Shown one piece after another: positions 8,132 through 17,803 of a stretch of DNA of 64,000 nt. How positions within the stretch are numbered: the stretch's first letter is position 1; every line of letters starts with the position of its first letter. Both the position numbers and the translations under genes were made by a program. The DNA lies in NCBI GenBank assembly GCA_963763495.1, contig CAVXOY010000018.1:16592-80591 (forward strand), in the 5' to 3' direction. The notes below the pieces were generated by a model. That model was not told the origin of the DNA, ran no database searches, and worked only from the letters and a program-made list of their open reading frames with translations. Source of the DNA: an uncultured Chloroflexia bacterium (GTDB lineage: Bacteria; Chloroflexota; Dehalococcoidia; DSTF01; JALHUB01).

Positions 8132-9433
8132 ATGGCAGAAGAAGTCGAGCGCGATGCCTCTGTGAAGGGCGGCGCCGGGCTCCGCCTCGGCATCCTAACT
8201 CGGCTTAGCCTCTTCCTGGCCGTCATGGGCCCCGGCCTGATCACCGGCATCGTCGACGACGACCCGACAGGGATCGCCGGCTACTCCATCGCCGGCGCCC
8301 GCTTCGGCTACAGCTTCCTGTGGGCCATCGTCCTCTGCGTCTTCGCCCTCGCCATCATCGCCGAGATGGCCGCCCGCCTCGGCGCCATCACCGGCAGGGG
8401 CCTCGCCGACATGATCCGCGAACGCTTTGGCGTGCGCATAACCACCCTGGCGATGCTTGTTCTTCTCGTGGCGAACGCGACCACTACGGTTGCTGAGTTC
8501 GCCGGTGTCGCCGGCGCCTCTGAGATATTCGGTGTCTCAAAGTACCTTACTGTTCCCCTTGCGGCGGCGCTGGTTCTCGGTGTCGTCATCCTCGGCTCCT
8601 ATCATCACGTGGAGAAAGTGCTGCTGTTGGGCTCGCTCGTCTTCGTCGCCTACATCATCACCGGCTTCCTGGCGAAGCCCGATTGGGGGCAAGTGGCCAC
8701 CCATTCCGTCGTTCCCAGCTTCCATTTCTCCTTGCCCTATCTCACCGTGCTCATCGGCGTCATCGGCACTACCATCACGCCCTGGCAGCAGTTCTATCTC
8801 CAGTCCGGCGTCGTCGACAAGGGCTTGGGAGAGCGCGAGTACCGGCTTGTCCGCTGGGATGTCTATGCCGGCGCCTTCGCCTGCACGCTCGTCGCCTTCT
8901 TCATTATTGTTACGACGGCGGCGACGCTTCATGCCAACGGCGAGCCGGCGGAGACCGTGACCGACGTCGGCCGGGCCCTCCATCCCCTGGCCGGCGACTT
9001 CGCGGCCAATCTCTTCGCCATCGGCCTGCTCAACGCCTCCCTGCTGGCCGCCGCCGTCTTGCCCCTCAGCACCGCCTACGCCGTGTGCGGCGCCTTCGGC
9101 TGGGAGCGCAGCGTCAGCCGGCGTCTCCGCGAGGCCCCCGCCTTCTTCGGCCTCTTCGCCGGACTGATCGTCGTCGGCGCGGCGGCGGTTCTGATTCCCG
9201 GCCTGCCCCTACTGACCCTCCTCTTTATCCCCAACGTCGTCGGCGGCATCCTCCTGCCCGTCATCCTTGTCCTGATGCTGAAGCTTGTCAACGACCGCCG
9301 CATCATGGGTCGCTGGGTCAACTCCTCCCGTCAGAATGCCGTGGCCTGGGTTACGACGATAGTCATGGTCGCGCTGGCCGCCGTCTACGCCTTGATCGCC
9401 CTCCTCCAGCTAGCGGGCATCGTCAACGCCTGA
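8132..9433 (+). CDS. Nramp/SLC11-family transporter with a non-canonical (NRMT-like) metal-binding motif
   Basis: 433-aa polytopic protein. The TM1 motif reads DDDPTGIAGY where canonical Nramp has DPGN. The TM6 motif reads GVIGTTITPWQQFYLQS where canonical Nramp has G-A-x-x-M-P-H. It starts 3 nt after the upstream stop. Confidence 0.85.
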   Translation: MAEEVERDASVKGGAGLRLGILTRLSLFLAVMGPGLITGIVDDDPTGIAGYSIAGARFGYSFLWAIVLCVFALAIIAEMAARLGAITGRGLADMIRERFGVRITTLAMLVLLVANATTTVAEFAGVAGASEIFGVSKYLTVPLAAALVLGVVILGSYHHVEKVLLLGSLVFVAYIITGFLAKPDWGQVATHSVVPSFHFSLPYLTVLIGVIGTTITPWQQFYLQSGVVDKGLGEREYRLVRWDVYAGAFACTLVAFFIIVTTAATLHANGEPAETVTDVGRALHPLAGDFAANLFAIGLLNASLLAAAVLPLSTAYAVCGAFGWERSVSRRLREAPAFFGLFAGLIVVGAAAVLIPGLPLLTLLFIPNVVGGILLPVILVLMLKLVNDRRIMGRWVNSSRQNAVAWVTTIVMVALAAVYALIALLQLAGIVNA

Positions 9434-9603
9434 CATCGAAGGGTGCCGGCAACGGATCAGATGCGCCGATGAAGCACGTTGCCCGAACATGTGATATGCT
9501 CAACGGTTGGCTTGTCTTGAGGGCCGTGATAGGACTGACTCCACCGCGAGCTTGTTGGGGTGCTGTCCGGCGGCATCCTCCTAGAAACACCGCCTGACCT
9601 GAT

Positions 9604-10372
9604 ATGTCGGAACACTTGGAACTAATCGCTCTTAGGCTTCTCCGCCAGCCTCGCCGCTGGCCTTGCCTCCGGACTGGGGGCGCTGCCCGCCATCTTCATG
9701 ACGCGGGCCTCGGACAAGTTGATGGACGGCCTGCTCGGGTTCGCCGCCGGGGTCATGCTTGCTGTCACCCTGTTCGGCTTGCTCATCCCCGCCATCGACG
9801 AAGGCGGCATATGGGTAACGATGTTCGGGCTGGTGGTGGGTGTAGCCGTCCTGGTCTTCATGGACAACTTCGCGCCTCACCCTCACTTCATCCTGGGAGC
9901 GAACGACGTCCCCAACAGCTCTCCCGCCCGCTTGCGCCGGATCCGGCTGCTGCTCTTGGCGATAACCATCCATAACCTCCCCGAAGGTTTCGCCGTCGGC
10001 GTTGCCTTTGGCACCGAAAACATCGATGCCGGGCTCATCCTTGCCCTCGGCATCGGGCTTCAGAACCTGCCCGAGGGGCTGGCCGTCGCATTGCCGATGG
10101 TTAGAGAGGGTTACAGTTCACGACGAGGCATAGGCTATGCGACCCTCAGCGGCCTGGTGGAGCCGCTAGCAGGACTCATCGGCGTTTCCCTGGTCGTCCT
10201 CCTCACCCCTCTGCTTCCCTTCGCGCTCGCCTTCGCTGCCGGCGCCATGCTCTACGTGCTCGTCGACGAGATCATCCCCGAAAGCCATCGGCGCGGCCAC
10301 GACAACGCTGCCACCATGGGCACGCTCGCGGGCTTTGGGCTCATGCTGGTCTTGGAGCGTCTGTTTTCCTGA
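9604..10372 (+). CDS. ZIP-family divalent metal transporter (ZupT/GufA-like), probable frame break near 9625-9632
   Basis: ORF 9698-10372 carries ITIHNLPEGFAVGVAF and GLQNLPEGLAVALP motifs. The same frame stays open to 9626 (…LLASLAAGLASGLGALPAIF) with no start codon. ATG 9604 (MSEHLELIAL) sits in another frame. Confidence 0.8.
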
Positions 10373-10389
10373 ACAACAGAGAAAATGCC

Positions 10390-10419
10390 TTGACACTCCT
10401 CTCGCCCCCTGAGTAAGAT
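10390..10419 (+). promoter_or_regulatory. sigma-70-type promoter of pyrG
   Basis: TTGACA (10390-10395), 18-nt spacer, TAAGAT (10414-10419). An 8-bp GC hairpin follows at 10428-10450. Confidence 0.5.
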
Positions 10420-10470
10420 ATTTGGTGGGCGGCGCCTCCTGAGCGCCGCCTAATCCATAGATAGAGGGCG

Positions 10471-12154
10471 ATGCCGAAGTACATATTCGTCACAGGCGGG
10501 GTAGTCAGCTCCGTCGGCAAAGGGATAGCAACGGCGGCTATCGGCCGCATCCTCAAGAGCCGCAACATCTCTGTCTCCATCCAGAAACTCGACCCCTACC
10601 TCAACGTTGACCCCGGCACCATGTCGCCTTACCAGCACGGCGAAGTATTCGTCACCAGCGACGGTGCGGAGACTGACCTCGACCTGGGACACTACGAGCG
10701 CTTCATCGATGAGGACCTCACCGGCCTCAGTTCCGTGACCACCGGTCAGATATACCAGGCCGTCATCCAGAAAGAGCGGCGGGGCGATTTCCTGGGTGGT
10801 ACCATCCAGGCGATCCCCCACATCACCGGCGAGATCAAGAACCGCATCCGTGACGTGGCCCGGGCCAGCGGCAGCGATGTCATCATCGTCGAGGTCGGCG
10901 GCACCGTAGGCGACATCGAAGGCCAGCCCTTCCTGGAGGCGATCCGTCAGATGCGCAACGAGGAGGGAAGGGAGAACCTGCTCGCCATCCACGTAACCCT
11001 CCTCCCCTACATCGGCTCCACCGGCGAGATCAAGACCAAGCCCACTCAGCACAGCGTCCGCGAGTTGCGCAGCGTCGGTATCCAGCCCGACGTCATCGTC
11101 TGTCGCAGCGACTACGCGATGACGTCAGGAGACCAAGGACAAGATCGCCCTCTTCTGCGACGTCGAGAAGCGGGCTGTCGTCCCTCTCCGTACCATGTCC
11201 AGCATCTATCAGGTGCCCCTCGTCCTCGAAGAGGCCGGTCTGGGCGATCTGATCATCGAGCGCCTCGGCCTTCCCGCCGGCTCCCGCGACCTGCGCGGCT
11301 GGCGTGAGTTGGTGGACCGCCTTCTCCATCCAAGCGGCAGGGTGGTTGTGGCCATCGCCGGCAAATACGTGGAACTGCCCGACGCCTACCTCTCCGTCAA
11401 AGAGTCCCTCATCCATGCCGGCATCCATCATGACGTAGCGGTGGACATCGAATGGGTTCACTCCCAGATACTGGAGGAGCCGGACGGCGAGGCGATCCTC
11501 CAGCGTGTCCACGGTATCATCGTGCCGGGTGGCTTCGGCGAGCGCGGCATCGAAGGCAAGATTAGGGCTGCTCGCTTTGCCCGCGAGCAAGAGGTACCGT
11601 ACCTGGGCCTGTGCCTGGGGATGCAGGTAATGGTCGTTGAAGCGGCCCGCTTGGCCTTTGGTGACGACACCGCCAACTCCACCGAGTTTGCACCCGATAC
11701 CCCCTATCCCGTCATAAGCCTCCTCGAAGAACAGCGCGGCGTCTGCGAGATGGGCGGCACGATGCGCCTGGGCAGCTACCCCTGCCGTCTTGTCCCGGGC
11801 ACCCGCGCCCATCAGGCCTACGGTGTGGAGGAGGTCAGGGAGCGTCACCGTCACCGCTACGAGTTCAACAAGGCCTTCGAAGAGCCCCTGGCCGGGGTCG
11901 GTCTGATCGCCAGCGGCCTCTCTCCTGATGGCTCGCTGGTCGAGATCTGTGAGATGCAGGACCATCCCTTCATGGTCGGCACTCAGTTCCACCCCGAGTT
12001 TCGCTCTCGCCCCGACCGCCCCCATCCCCTCTTCCGGGACTTCATAGCGGCGGCCAAGGCAAGAGCTCTCGGGGAAGCGTCTTCGCCCGCCTATTCGCGG
12101 TCGGAAAGCGATATCGCTGCTCCCGCCGCCCACGGTGATACTCACGGCCAGTGA
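10471..12154 (+). CDS. pyrG: CTP synthase, frame broken once near 11118-11125
   Basis: Two ORF pieces, 10471-11307 and 11195-12154. N-terminus [19 protein letters not shown]. Glutamine amidotransferase domain with GLCLGMQ and the HRHRYEFN motif. Confidence 0.93.
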
Positions 12155-12283
12155 ACGCCGTGTTTCCTTTGCCCGGTTCTTCAGCCGTCGGCCGTGTTCT
12201 CATCCAATGGGGCAACAGTCTACAATTGTTGAGAGGGCCCTATTTCCTAACCGCTGGTTGACCAGCGAGTGCCGGAGAGACAC

Positions 12284-12952
12284 ATGAGACTCTTTCTTGA
12301 TACCGCGAACATCGATGAGATCCGTGAGGTGGCCCGAATGGGTGTCCTCTCGGGCGTCACAACGAATCCAACCCTAATGGCCAAGGAGAAGGGTGTCGAG
12401 TATAGGGAGAGAGTGGTGGAGATCTGCGAGGTGGTGAAGGGGCCGGTCTCCGCCGAGTGCATCGCCCGCGATGTCCCCGGCCTCATCGCCGAAGCGAAAG
12501 AAGTCGCTGCCTGGCACCCCAACGTCGTCGTCAAGATTCCTATCGATGCGGTCGGTCTTGAGGCTACGTCCAAACTGTCTCGGGAAGGCGTCAAAGTGAA
12601 CATGACGCTCGTCTTTTCCGCCAACCAGGCTCTTCTGGCGGCTCTTGCCGGCGCTGCCTACGTGAGCCCCTTCGTCGGCCGCCTCGACGATGCCGGCCAC
12701 GATGGCATGGAGGTCGTCCGCGACGCTGTGGAGATTATCGATCGCTACCATCTGCCTTCTCAGGTCATTGCCGCCAGCCTGCGGCACCCCCGCCACGTCA
12801 TCGCCGCCGCCAAATGCGGTGCTCCCGTTGCCACCTTGCCTTATAAAGTGTTCATGGCTATGCTTAAGCATCCCTTGACCGATGTCGGTATCGAGCGCTT
12901 CCTCGCCGACGCGCAGACATACTCCAGAACAACGACGCGAAAACAAAGTTGA
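12284..12952 (+). CDS. tal: transaldolase / fructose-6-phosphate aldolase (short subfamily 3B)
   Basis: MRLFLDTANIDEIRE...GVTTNPTL...VVVKIP...NMTLVFS...YVSPFVGRLDD. The start is taken at the second Met of ORF 12269-12952. Confidence 0.88.
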   Translation: MRLFLDTANIDEIREVARMGVLSGVTTNPTLMAKEKGVEYRERVVEICEVVKGPVSAECIARDVPGLIAEAKEVAAWHPNVVVKIPIDAVGLEATSKLSREGVKVNMTLVFSANQALLAALAGAAYVSPFVGRLDDAGHDGMEVVRDAVEIIDRYHLPSQVIAASLRHPRHVIAAAKCGAPVATLPYKVFMAMLKHPLTDVGIERFLADAQTYSRTTTRKQS

Positions 12953-13092
12953 GCTTCCGTCGAGGGGGTATTTGTGGTAAACATGGCAGGTGATATAATA
13001 TGAAGCTGTAGCCACGAGCTGGCAGTGCTTCATCTCCCGCATTTTACAGAAACCCCGTGAGTCTATACCATGATCAGCCGAGGACTGTGACT

Positions 13093-14376
13093 ATGAGTCC
13101 ACCGACCGGGCTAAACATCGCTGAGCTAGAAACGAAGACGCGCGAAGACCTAATGGACATCGCGAAGGAGCTTGGTATCTCCGGATACAGCTCTCTGAAA
13201 AAGCAGGACCTGATCTTCCGTCTGCTCCAGGCCCAAACAGAGCGGGAAGGTAACATCTTCAGCGGTGGCGTCCTCGATCTCGTCGACGACGGCTACGGCT
13301 TCCTGCGCAGCGAGAGCCTCCTCCCCGGCATCAACGACGTCTACGTTTCCCAGTCTCAGATCCGTCGCTTCGCCCTCCGCACCGGCGACTACGTCACCGG
13401 CCAGGTGCGGCCCCCCAAGGACAGCGAAAGATATTACGGGCTGCTTCGCGTGGAAGCGATCAACGGTCTCGACCCCGAGGTCGCGAAGGGTCGTCCCTAC
13501 TTCGAGAGTCTGACCGCCATCTTCCCCGACCGCCTGCTCAACTTGGAGACAACCCCCGAGCAGCTTTCGGCGCGGGTCATTAACCTGATCGCTCCTATTG
13601 GTCGTGGCCAGCGCGGTCTGATCGTCTCTCCGCCTAAGGCAGGCAAGACGTTTCTTCTCAAGGCAATTGCCCACGGCGTCACCACCAACTACACCGATGT
13701 TCACCTCATGGTGCTCCTTATCGGCGAGCGTCCCGAGGAAGTCACCGACATGAAACGCTCCATCGTGCACGGCGAGGTGATAAGCTCCACCTTTGACGAG
13801 CCGGTGGAAGACCACGTCCGCGTCGCCGAGGTCGGCCTCGACCGCGCCAAGCGTCTCGTCGAGTGCGGCAAGGACGTTGTCATCCTTCTCGACAGCATCA
13901 CCCGTCTCACCCGCGCCTACAACTTGGCGATGCCTACCAGCGGTCGCACCCTCTCCGGCGGCATCGATCCCATCGCCCTGCACCCACCCAAGCGTTTCTT
14001 CGGCGCTGCCCGCAACACCGAGGAAAGCGGTAGCCTCACCATCATCGGCACCTGCCTGATCGATACCGGTAGCCGCATGGATGAGGTTATCTACGAGGAG
14101 TTCAAGGGTACGGGCAACATGGAAGTCCACCTTGACCGGCGCCTCTCCGAGCGGCGGATATGGCCCGCCATCGACATCCACCGTAGCGGCACCCGTCGCG
14201 AAGAGCTGCTTTTGGATGAGGAGACCCTGCGTCAGGTCTGGCTGGTCCGCCGCATGACGGCCATGATCAGCGCCAACGCCCCCAATCCCACCGAGGCGAC
14301 GGAGCGCCTGCTGGAGAGGCTCGCCCGGACCAGCAACAACGCTGAGTTCCTGGCCACCCTCAAGCAAGAGATCTAA
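13093..14376 (+). CDS. rho: transcription termination factor Rho
   Basis: N-terminal [23 protein letters not shown]. Walker [22 protein letters not shown]-terminal [27 protein letters not shown] 13093 has a GAGGA SD; an alternative GTG lies at 13057. Confidence 0.95.
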   Translation: MSPPTGLNIAELETKTREDLMDIAKELGISGYSSLKKQDLIFRLLQAQTEREGNIFSGGVLDLVDDGYGFLRSESLLPGINDVYVSQSQIRRFALRTGDYVTGQVRPPKDSERYYGLLRVEAINGLDPEVAKGRPYFESLTAIFPDRLLNLETTPEQLSARVINLIAPIGRGQRGLIVSPPKAGKTFLLKAIAHGVTTNYTDVHLMVLLIGERPEEVTDMKRSIVHGEVISSTFDEPVEDHVRVAEVGLDRAKRLVECGKDVVILLDSITRLTRAYNLAMPTSGRTLSGGIDPIALHPPKRFFGAARNTEESGSLTIIGTCLIDTGSRMDEVIYEEFKGTGNMEVHLDRRLSERRIWPAIDIHRSGTRREELLLDEETLRQVWLVRRMTAMISANAPNPTEATERLLERLARTSNNAEFLATLKQEI

Positions 14377-14468
14377 AAGAATTCTCTCGCCTGTGCGCCC
14401 CGATCGGACTGCCTCCGATTGAATCTGGAGATCTGCCTTTCTGCCGGCCTTCAGATTCAACCAAGGGG

Positions 14469-14498
14469 TTGACTTATTGGAAAACCAACGGGTAAAAT
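14469..14498 (+). promoter_or_regulatory. sigma-70-type promoter in the rho-M23 intergenic region
   Basis: TTGACT (14469-14474), 18-nt spacer, TAAAAT (14493-14498). A truncated copy of the same module (TTGACA-8 nt-TAAAAT) lies at 14524-14543. Confidence 0.45.
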
Positions 14499-14600
14499 AG
14501 CGCGAGTTGGGCTTCCAGCCCCCTTGACAAGATGGTGTAAAATACCTCGTAGTTTGCGAACAGCAAACCGGAGGAGTCGTCGAAGTAGGAGGCAAGGAGC

Positions 14601-15825
14601 ATTAGAGGCACGCTCAGCCCACGTTCGCCGAAGCCGCCGAGACGGCTAGGGACGTGCAACGGAAACGGCCTGGGTCACCAGCCCCCAATCCCCGCAGGAT
14701 CTTGCCGTAAGCATCGGCATTCTGCCCATATACTTATCCTCGCGGTTATTTCTGTATCTATTGTTTGCGCCGCGTCCTTTGCTGGCCATCTCCACATCGC
14801 TTCTCACGACAACTCCTCGTCTGTAAACGGTCTCTCCTTCTCCGGCGTAGCCGCCGCTGTCGTCCCCAGCGAAGAATCGGTGCTCCGCTCACCGTTGTTG
14901 CCGCTTACCACCGTTTCTACGCAACAAGAGGAAGCCGCCCCGCTTCCTGCTCCCACGCCCACGCCGACGCCGGAGGTCTCGCTGTTTGCCGCCTCTGTCT
15001 TGCCTGAGGTAGTGACGCCGGAGCCGGTGAAGCCTGCGTTCTTCGTCTACACCGTCCAAGAAGGAGACACGGTGGGTAGCGTGGCCGCTCGCTTCGGCAT
15101 CTCCGTCCACCTCAATCCTCTGGAACAACCTTGACCTGGAGAACGCGGACGCCCTGTCCGTCGGCCAGCAGCTCCGCGTCCCCAACAGCGATGGCATCAT
15201 CTACGAAGTCCGCCTTGGGGACACCCTGAGCGATGTGGCCGGCTACTTCGGCGTTGAGGTCGATGACATACTGGACTTCCCAGCCAACAACCTCGAGAGC
15301 GTCGACGACATCGTCGAGAACCAGACGGTGTTCATCCCCAACGGGTCGATGCCGGCGCCCGCTGAGCCCGTACCCGTGGTGACGGAAGTCGATGATCCTA
15401 CTCCTGACAGCGAGCCGGCAGACTCGCCACCGCCGTCGAGTGGGCCCTCCTCCGCTGCCGGTTTCGTCTGGCCGGCCAGCGGCCCCATCTCCAGCTACTT
15501 CAGCGGCGGCCACCCGCTCGGCATTGACATCGACCAGTTCAACAGCCCGGGCGCGCCCATATATGCCGCCGCGTCTGGCACCGTCACCTTCGCCGGTGGC
15601 ACCACCTGCTGCTCCTACGGCCTGTACATCGTCATCAACCATGGGAACGGCCTGGAGACCCTATACGCCCACCTCGGCTCCTTCATCGTCTCTCAGGGCC
15701 AGTACGTTGAGCAGGGACAGGTTATCGGCTACGTCGGCCTGACCGGCTACACGACCGGCTACCACCTCCACTTCGAGGTGCACCTGAACGGCCAGGTCGT
15801 CGACCCCTTGGGCTATCTGCCCTAG
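14601..15825 (+). CDS. membrane-anchored LysM-LysM-M23 (lysostaphin-like) peptidoglycan endopeptidase; start uncertain, frame broken once near 15108
   Basis: C-terminal M23 motifs: HPLGIDID...YIVINHGNGLETLYAHL...GYTTGYHLHFEV. Two LysM domains: YTVQEGDTVGSVAARFGISV and YEVRLGDTLSDVAGYFGVEV. The first canonical start is GTG 14880, but the frame is open back to 14589 and encodes RKHRHSAH-ILILAVISVSIVCAASFAG. An in-frame ATT at 14601 lies 8 nt after AGGAGG. Confidence 0.75.
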
Positions 15826-15907
15826 GCAGTCCTAACCCCCGAACGGATCTCTTTCGTCCGCCGTACGCTATGCCTTTGACTGGTAGTCTGGGGTTATGTC
15901 TTTGTGT

Positions 15908-16543
15908 CTAGCGCTTGTAGTCGAGGAGGGAGACCTGCGTCTCGCTGGGCAGCGATGAGTGGGTGATCGTGAGGCGGGGTTGGGGATCGACGAGAGTAAC
16001 GCTCATCTCCTTGAGAAAACCTTCTACGCTCTCCAGCTTCGCCGTCGCCGTCGGCGTCGCGTAGTTCATAGGGATGACAAGCTTCGGCTCCAGCAGGTTG
16101 ACCGTCTCGGCGGCCGCGGCGGCGTCCAGCGTTCCCCCGCCCCCTACGGGGATCAGCAGCACGTCCACACCGCTCATCTCCTCAACCTGCTCCGACGTTG
16201 GGACGTGGTCCAACCTCCCCAGGTGGCAGATGCGGAGGTTCTCCGTCTCGATGACGTAGGCGGCGTTCTTCGCCTCTTCGCTCCCCCTGTTGTGGCGGGT
16301 GGATATGCCGGTGATGAGCACGCCCGCTCGTTCATACTCCCCCGGCCCCCAGACCACCAGCGGCGACCCGCTGACCCCCGCCAGATAGCTATGGTCAGGA
16401 TGGTCGCAGCTTACGGTGACGATATCCGCCGCCGGTTTCCCGATGGCGTAGCCGCTGCTCTTGGGGCAAGGGTCGGTGACGATTGCCGCCTCCCGGCTGC
16501 GGAGGCGAAAGCAGGAGTGTCCTAGCCAAGTAAGCTCCATCAC
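15908..16543 (-). CDS. metallo-beta-lactamase-fold hydrolase (UPF0173-like)
   Basis: LTWLGHSCFRL...TVSCDHPDHSY...VLLIPVGGGGTL. It is of the typical short MBL-fold family. Confidence 0.7.
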   Translation of the reverse strand: MMELTWLGHSCFRLRSREAAIVTDPCPKSSGYAIGKPAADIVTVSCDHPDHSYLAGVSGSPLVVWGPGEYERAGVLITGISTRHNRGSEEAKNAAYVIETENLRICHLGRLDHVPTSEQVEEMSGVDVLLIPVGGGGTLDAAAAAETVNLLEPKLVIPMNYATPTATAKLESVEGFLKEMSVTLVDPQPRLTITHSSLPSETQVSLLDYKR

Positions 16544-16728
16544 CGGCAGTATAGCATGCGACCCCGCCTTCAGTCAGCTACTTGCTGAGGCTCCAGGCCG
16601 ATGATCAGCAGCGTAATGATCATTGCGCTCATCCTTTTAGCGCCCAGACGTTTCCTGAGGTATAATTGGGGCGTCTGCAATTGCCGCAGAGGTTGTGACA
16701 ACCCATGCTTTACCGCGTTTAGGACAGT

Positions 16729-17772
16729 ATGGCTATGTTGACGGAAAGAACATCCCAGATACTCGTCCACATCATCGGTGAATACGTGGATACCGCCCTG
16801 CCGGTCGGGTCCGAGACCATAGTCCGCAAGTACAGCTTGCCGTTCTCAGCAGCCACCGTCCGCAACGAGATGGTGCGCTTGGAGGAAGAAGGCTACATCA
16901 CCCATCCCCATACCTCAGCCGGCCGCATCCCCTCCGACAAAGGCTATCGCTACTACGTCGAGAGCCTGATGGAAGAGGATGACCTGCCGCCGGACGAGAA
17001 GCAGTCCATCCGCCAGCGCTTCCACCGCGTCGAGCGTGCGGCTGACAGGCGGCCGGACTCTCTAGAGGAGTGGGTGCGCTTAGCGGCGATCGTCCTTGCC
17101 GAAAGCGTACACAACGCTGTCGTTGCCACTGTCCCCCGCGCGCCCCAGTGCCGCCTCCAGCACGTGGAGATGGTCTCTCTCGACCAGAAGCGGGCCCTCC
17201 TGATAGTCGTCTTCCTGGGGGCCCAGGTCAGGCGGCGGGTCATAACCTTCTCCGACCCCATCGACCAGGAGCAGCTTGTCGCCCTTGCCGGCCGTTTGAG
17301 CGACGCCTACGGTGGCTTCAACCTGGCCCAAGTGAAAGCCGACGAGACGGCATCTCTATCGTCTCTGGAGCGGCGGCTGGCTGAGTTCGTGGCCGAGATC
17401 ATGGCAATCGAGGAGCAGTCGCTGTTTGAGGAAGCCTATCTCGGCGGCATGCTTCATATGTTCAACCAGCCCGAGTTCTCGCAGATGGATATCGCTATGG
17501 AGATGATGGCCGCACTTGAAGAAGGGAATCTCCCCAAGGCGATCCCCTTCGAGAGCCTCCCCGGCGAGGGTGTGGGCGTAGTCATCGGCGGCGAGAACCA
17601 CGGCGACACAATGCGCCGCTGCAGCGTCGTCCTCACCCGCTACGGCATCCCCAGCACCGCCACCGGCGCCCTTGCCGTCGTCGGTCCCACCCGCATGCGC
17701 TACTGGCGCGTGATCCCGACCCTTCGCTACCTCTCCTCCCTGATGGGGGAGCGGGTGGCCCAGTTGTGCTAG
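16729..17772 (+). CDS. hrcA: heat-inducible transcriptional repressor HrcA
   Basis: N-terminal winged helix: LTERTSQILVHIIGEYVDTALPVGSETIVRKY...SAATVRNEMVRLEEEGYITHPHTSAGRIPSDKGYRYYV. Confidence 0.93.
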   Translation: MAMLTERTSQILVHIIGEYVDTALPVGSETIVRKYSLPFSAATVRNEMVRLEEEGYITHPHTSAGRIPSDKGYRYYVESLMEEDDLPPDEKQSIRQRFHRVERAADRRPDSLEEWVRLAAIVLAESVHNAVVATVPRAPQCRLQHVEMVSLDQKRALLIVVFLGAQVRRRVITFSDPIDQEQLVALAGRLSDAYGGFNLAQVKADETASLSSLERRLAEFVAEIMAIEEQSLFEEAYLGGMLHMFNQPEFSQMDIAMEMMAALEEGNLPKAIPFESLPGEGVGVVIGGENHGDTMRRCSVVLTRYGIPSTATGALAVVGPTRMRYWRVIPTLRYLSSLMGERVAQLC

Positions 17773-17803
17773 TTGGAATTAGGAGGAGAAGCTAGAGGAA
17801 AGG

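Noticed and set aside
14440-14720. Strings resembling the ydaO/c-di-AMP riboswitch upstream of the LysM/M23 peptidase, a gene class often controlled by it. Examples are GCCGAAGCC...ACGGCUAGGGACG, CCCAAUCCCCGCAGG...GCCGUAAGC, GGGGUUGACU and ACCUCGUAGUUUGCG.
   Set aside because: I could not find the 5' partner needed to form P1 with either CGUAAGC/CGUAG segment. The candidate is shorter than known examples. Its 3' half also overlaps the open, anchor-encoding reading frame that starts at or near 14601. It needs a covariance-model search (Rfam RF00379) before any call.
16640-16700. A possible CIRCE operator upstream of hrcA (TTAGCGCCC-AGACGTTTC-CTGAGGTAT), and an imperfect inverted repeat upstream of dnaK (CTAGCAGAT-N12-ATCTCTAG at ~19419-19447).
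   Set aside because: The right half-site does not match GAGTGCTAA, and the left half has two mismatches. Contrast the perfect CIRCE at 46736-46762. The hrcA region is better explained as a promoter with a TATAAT box.
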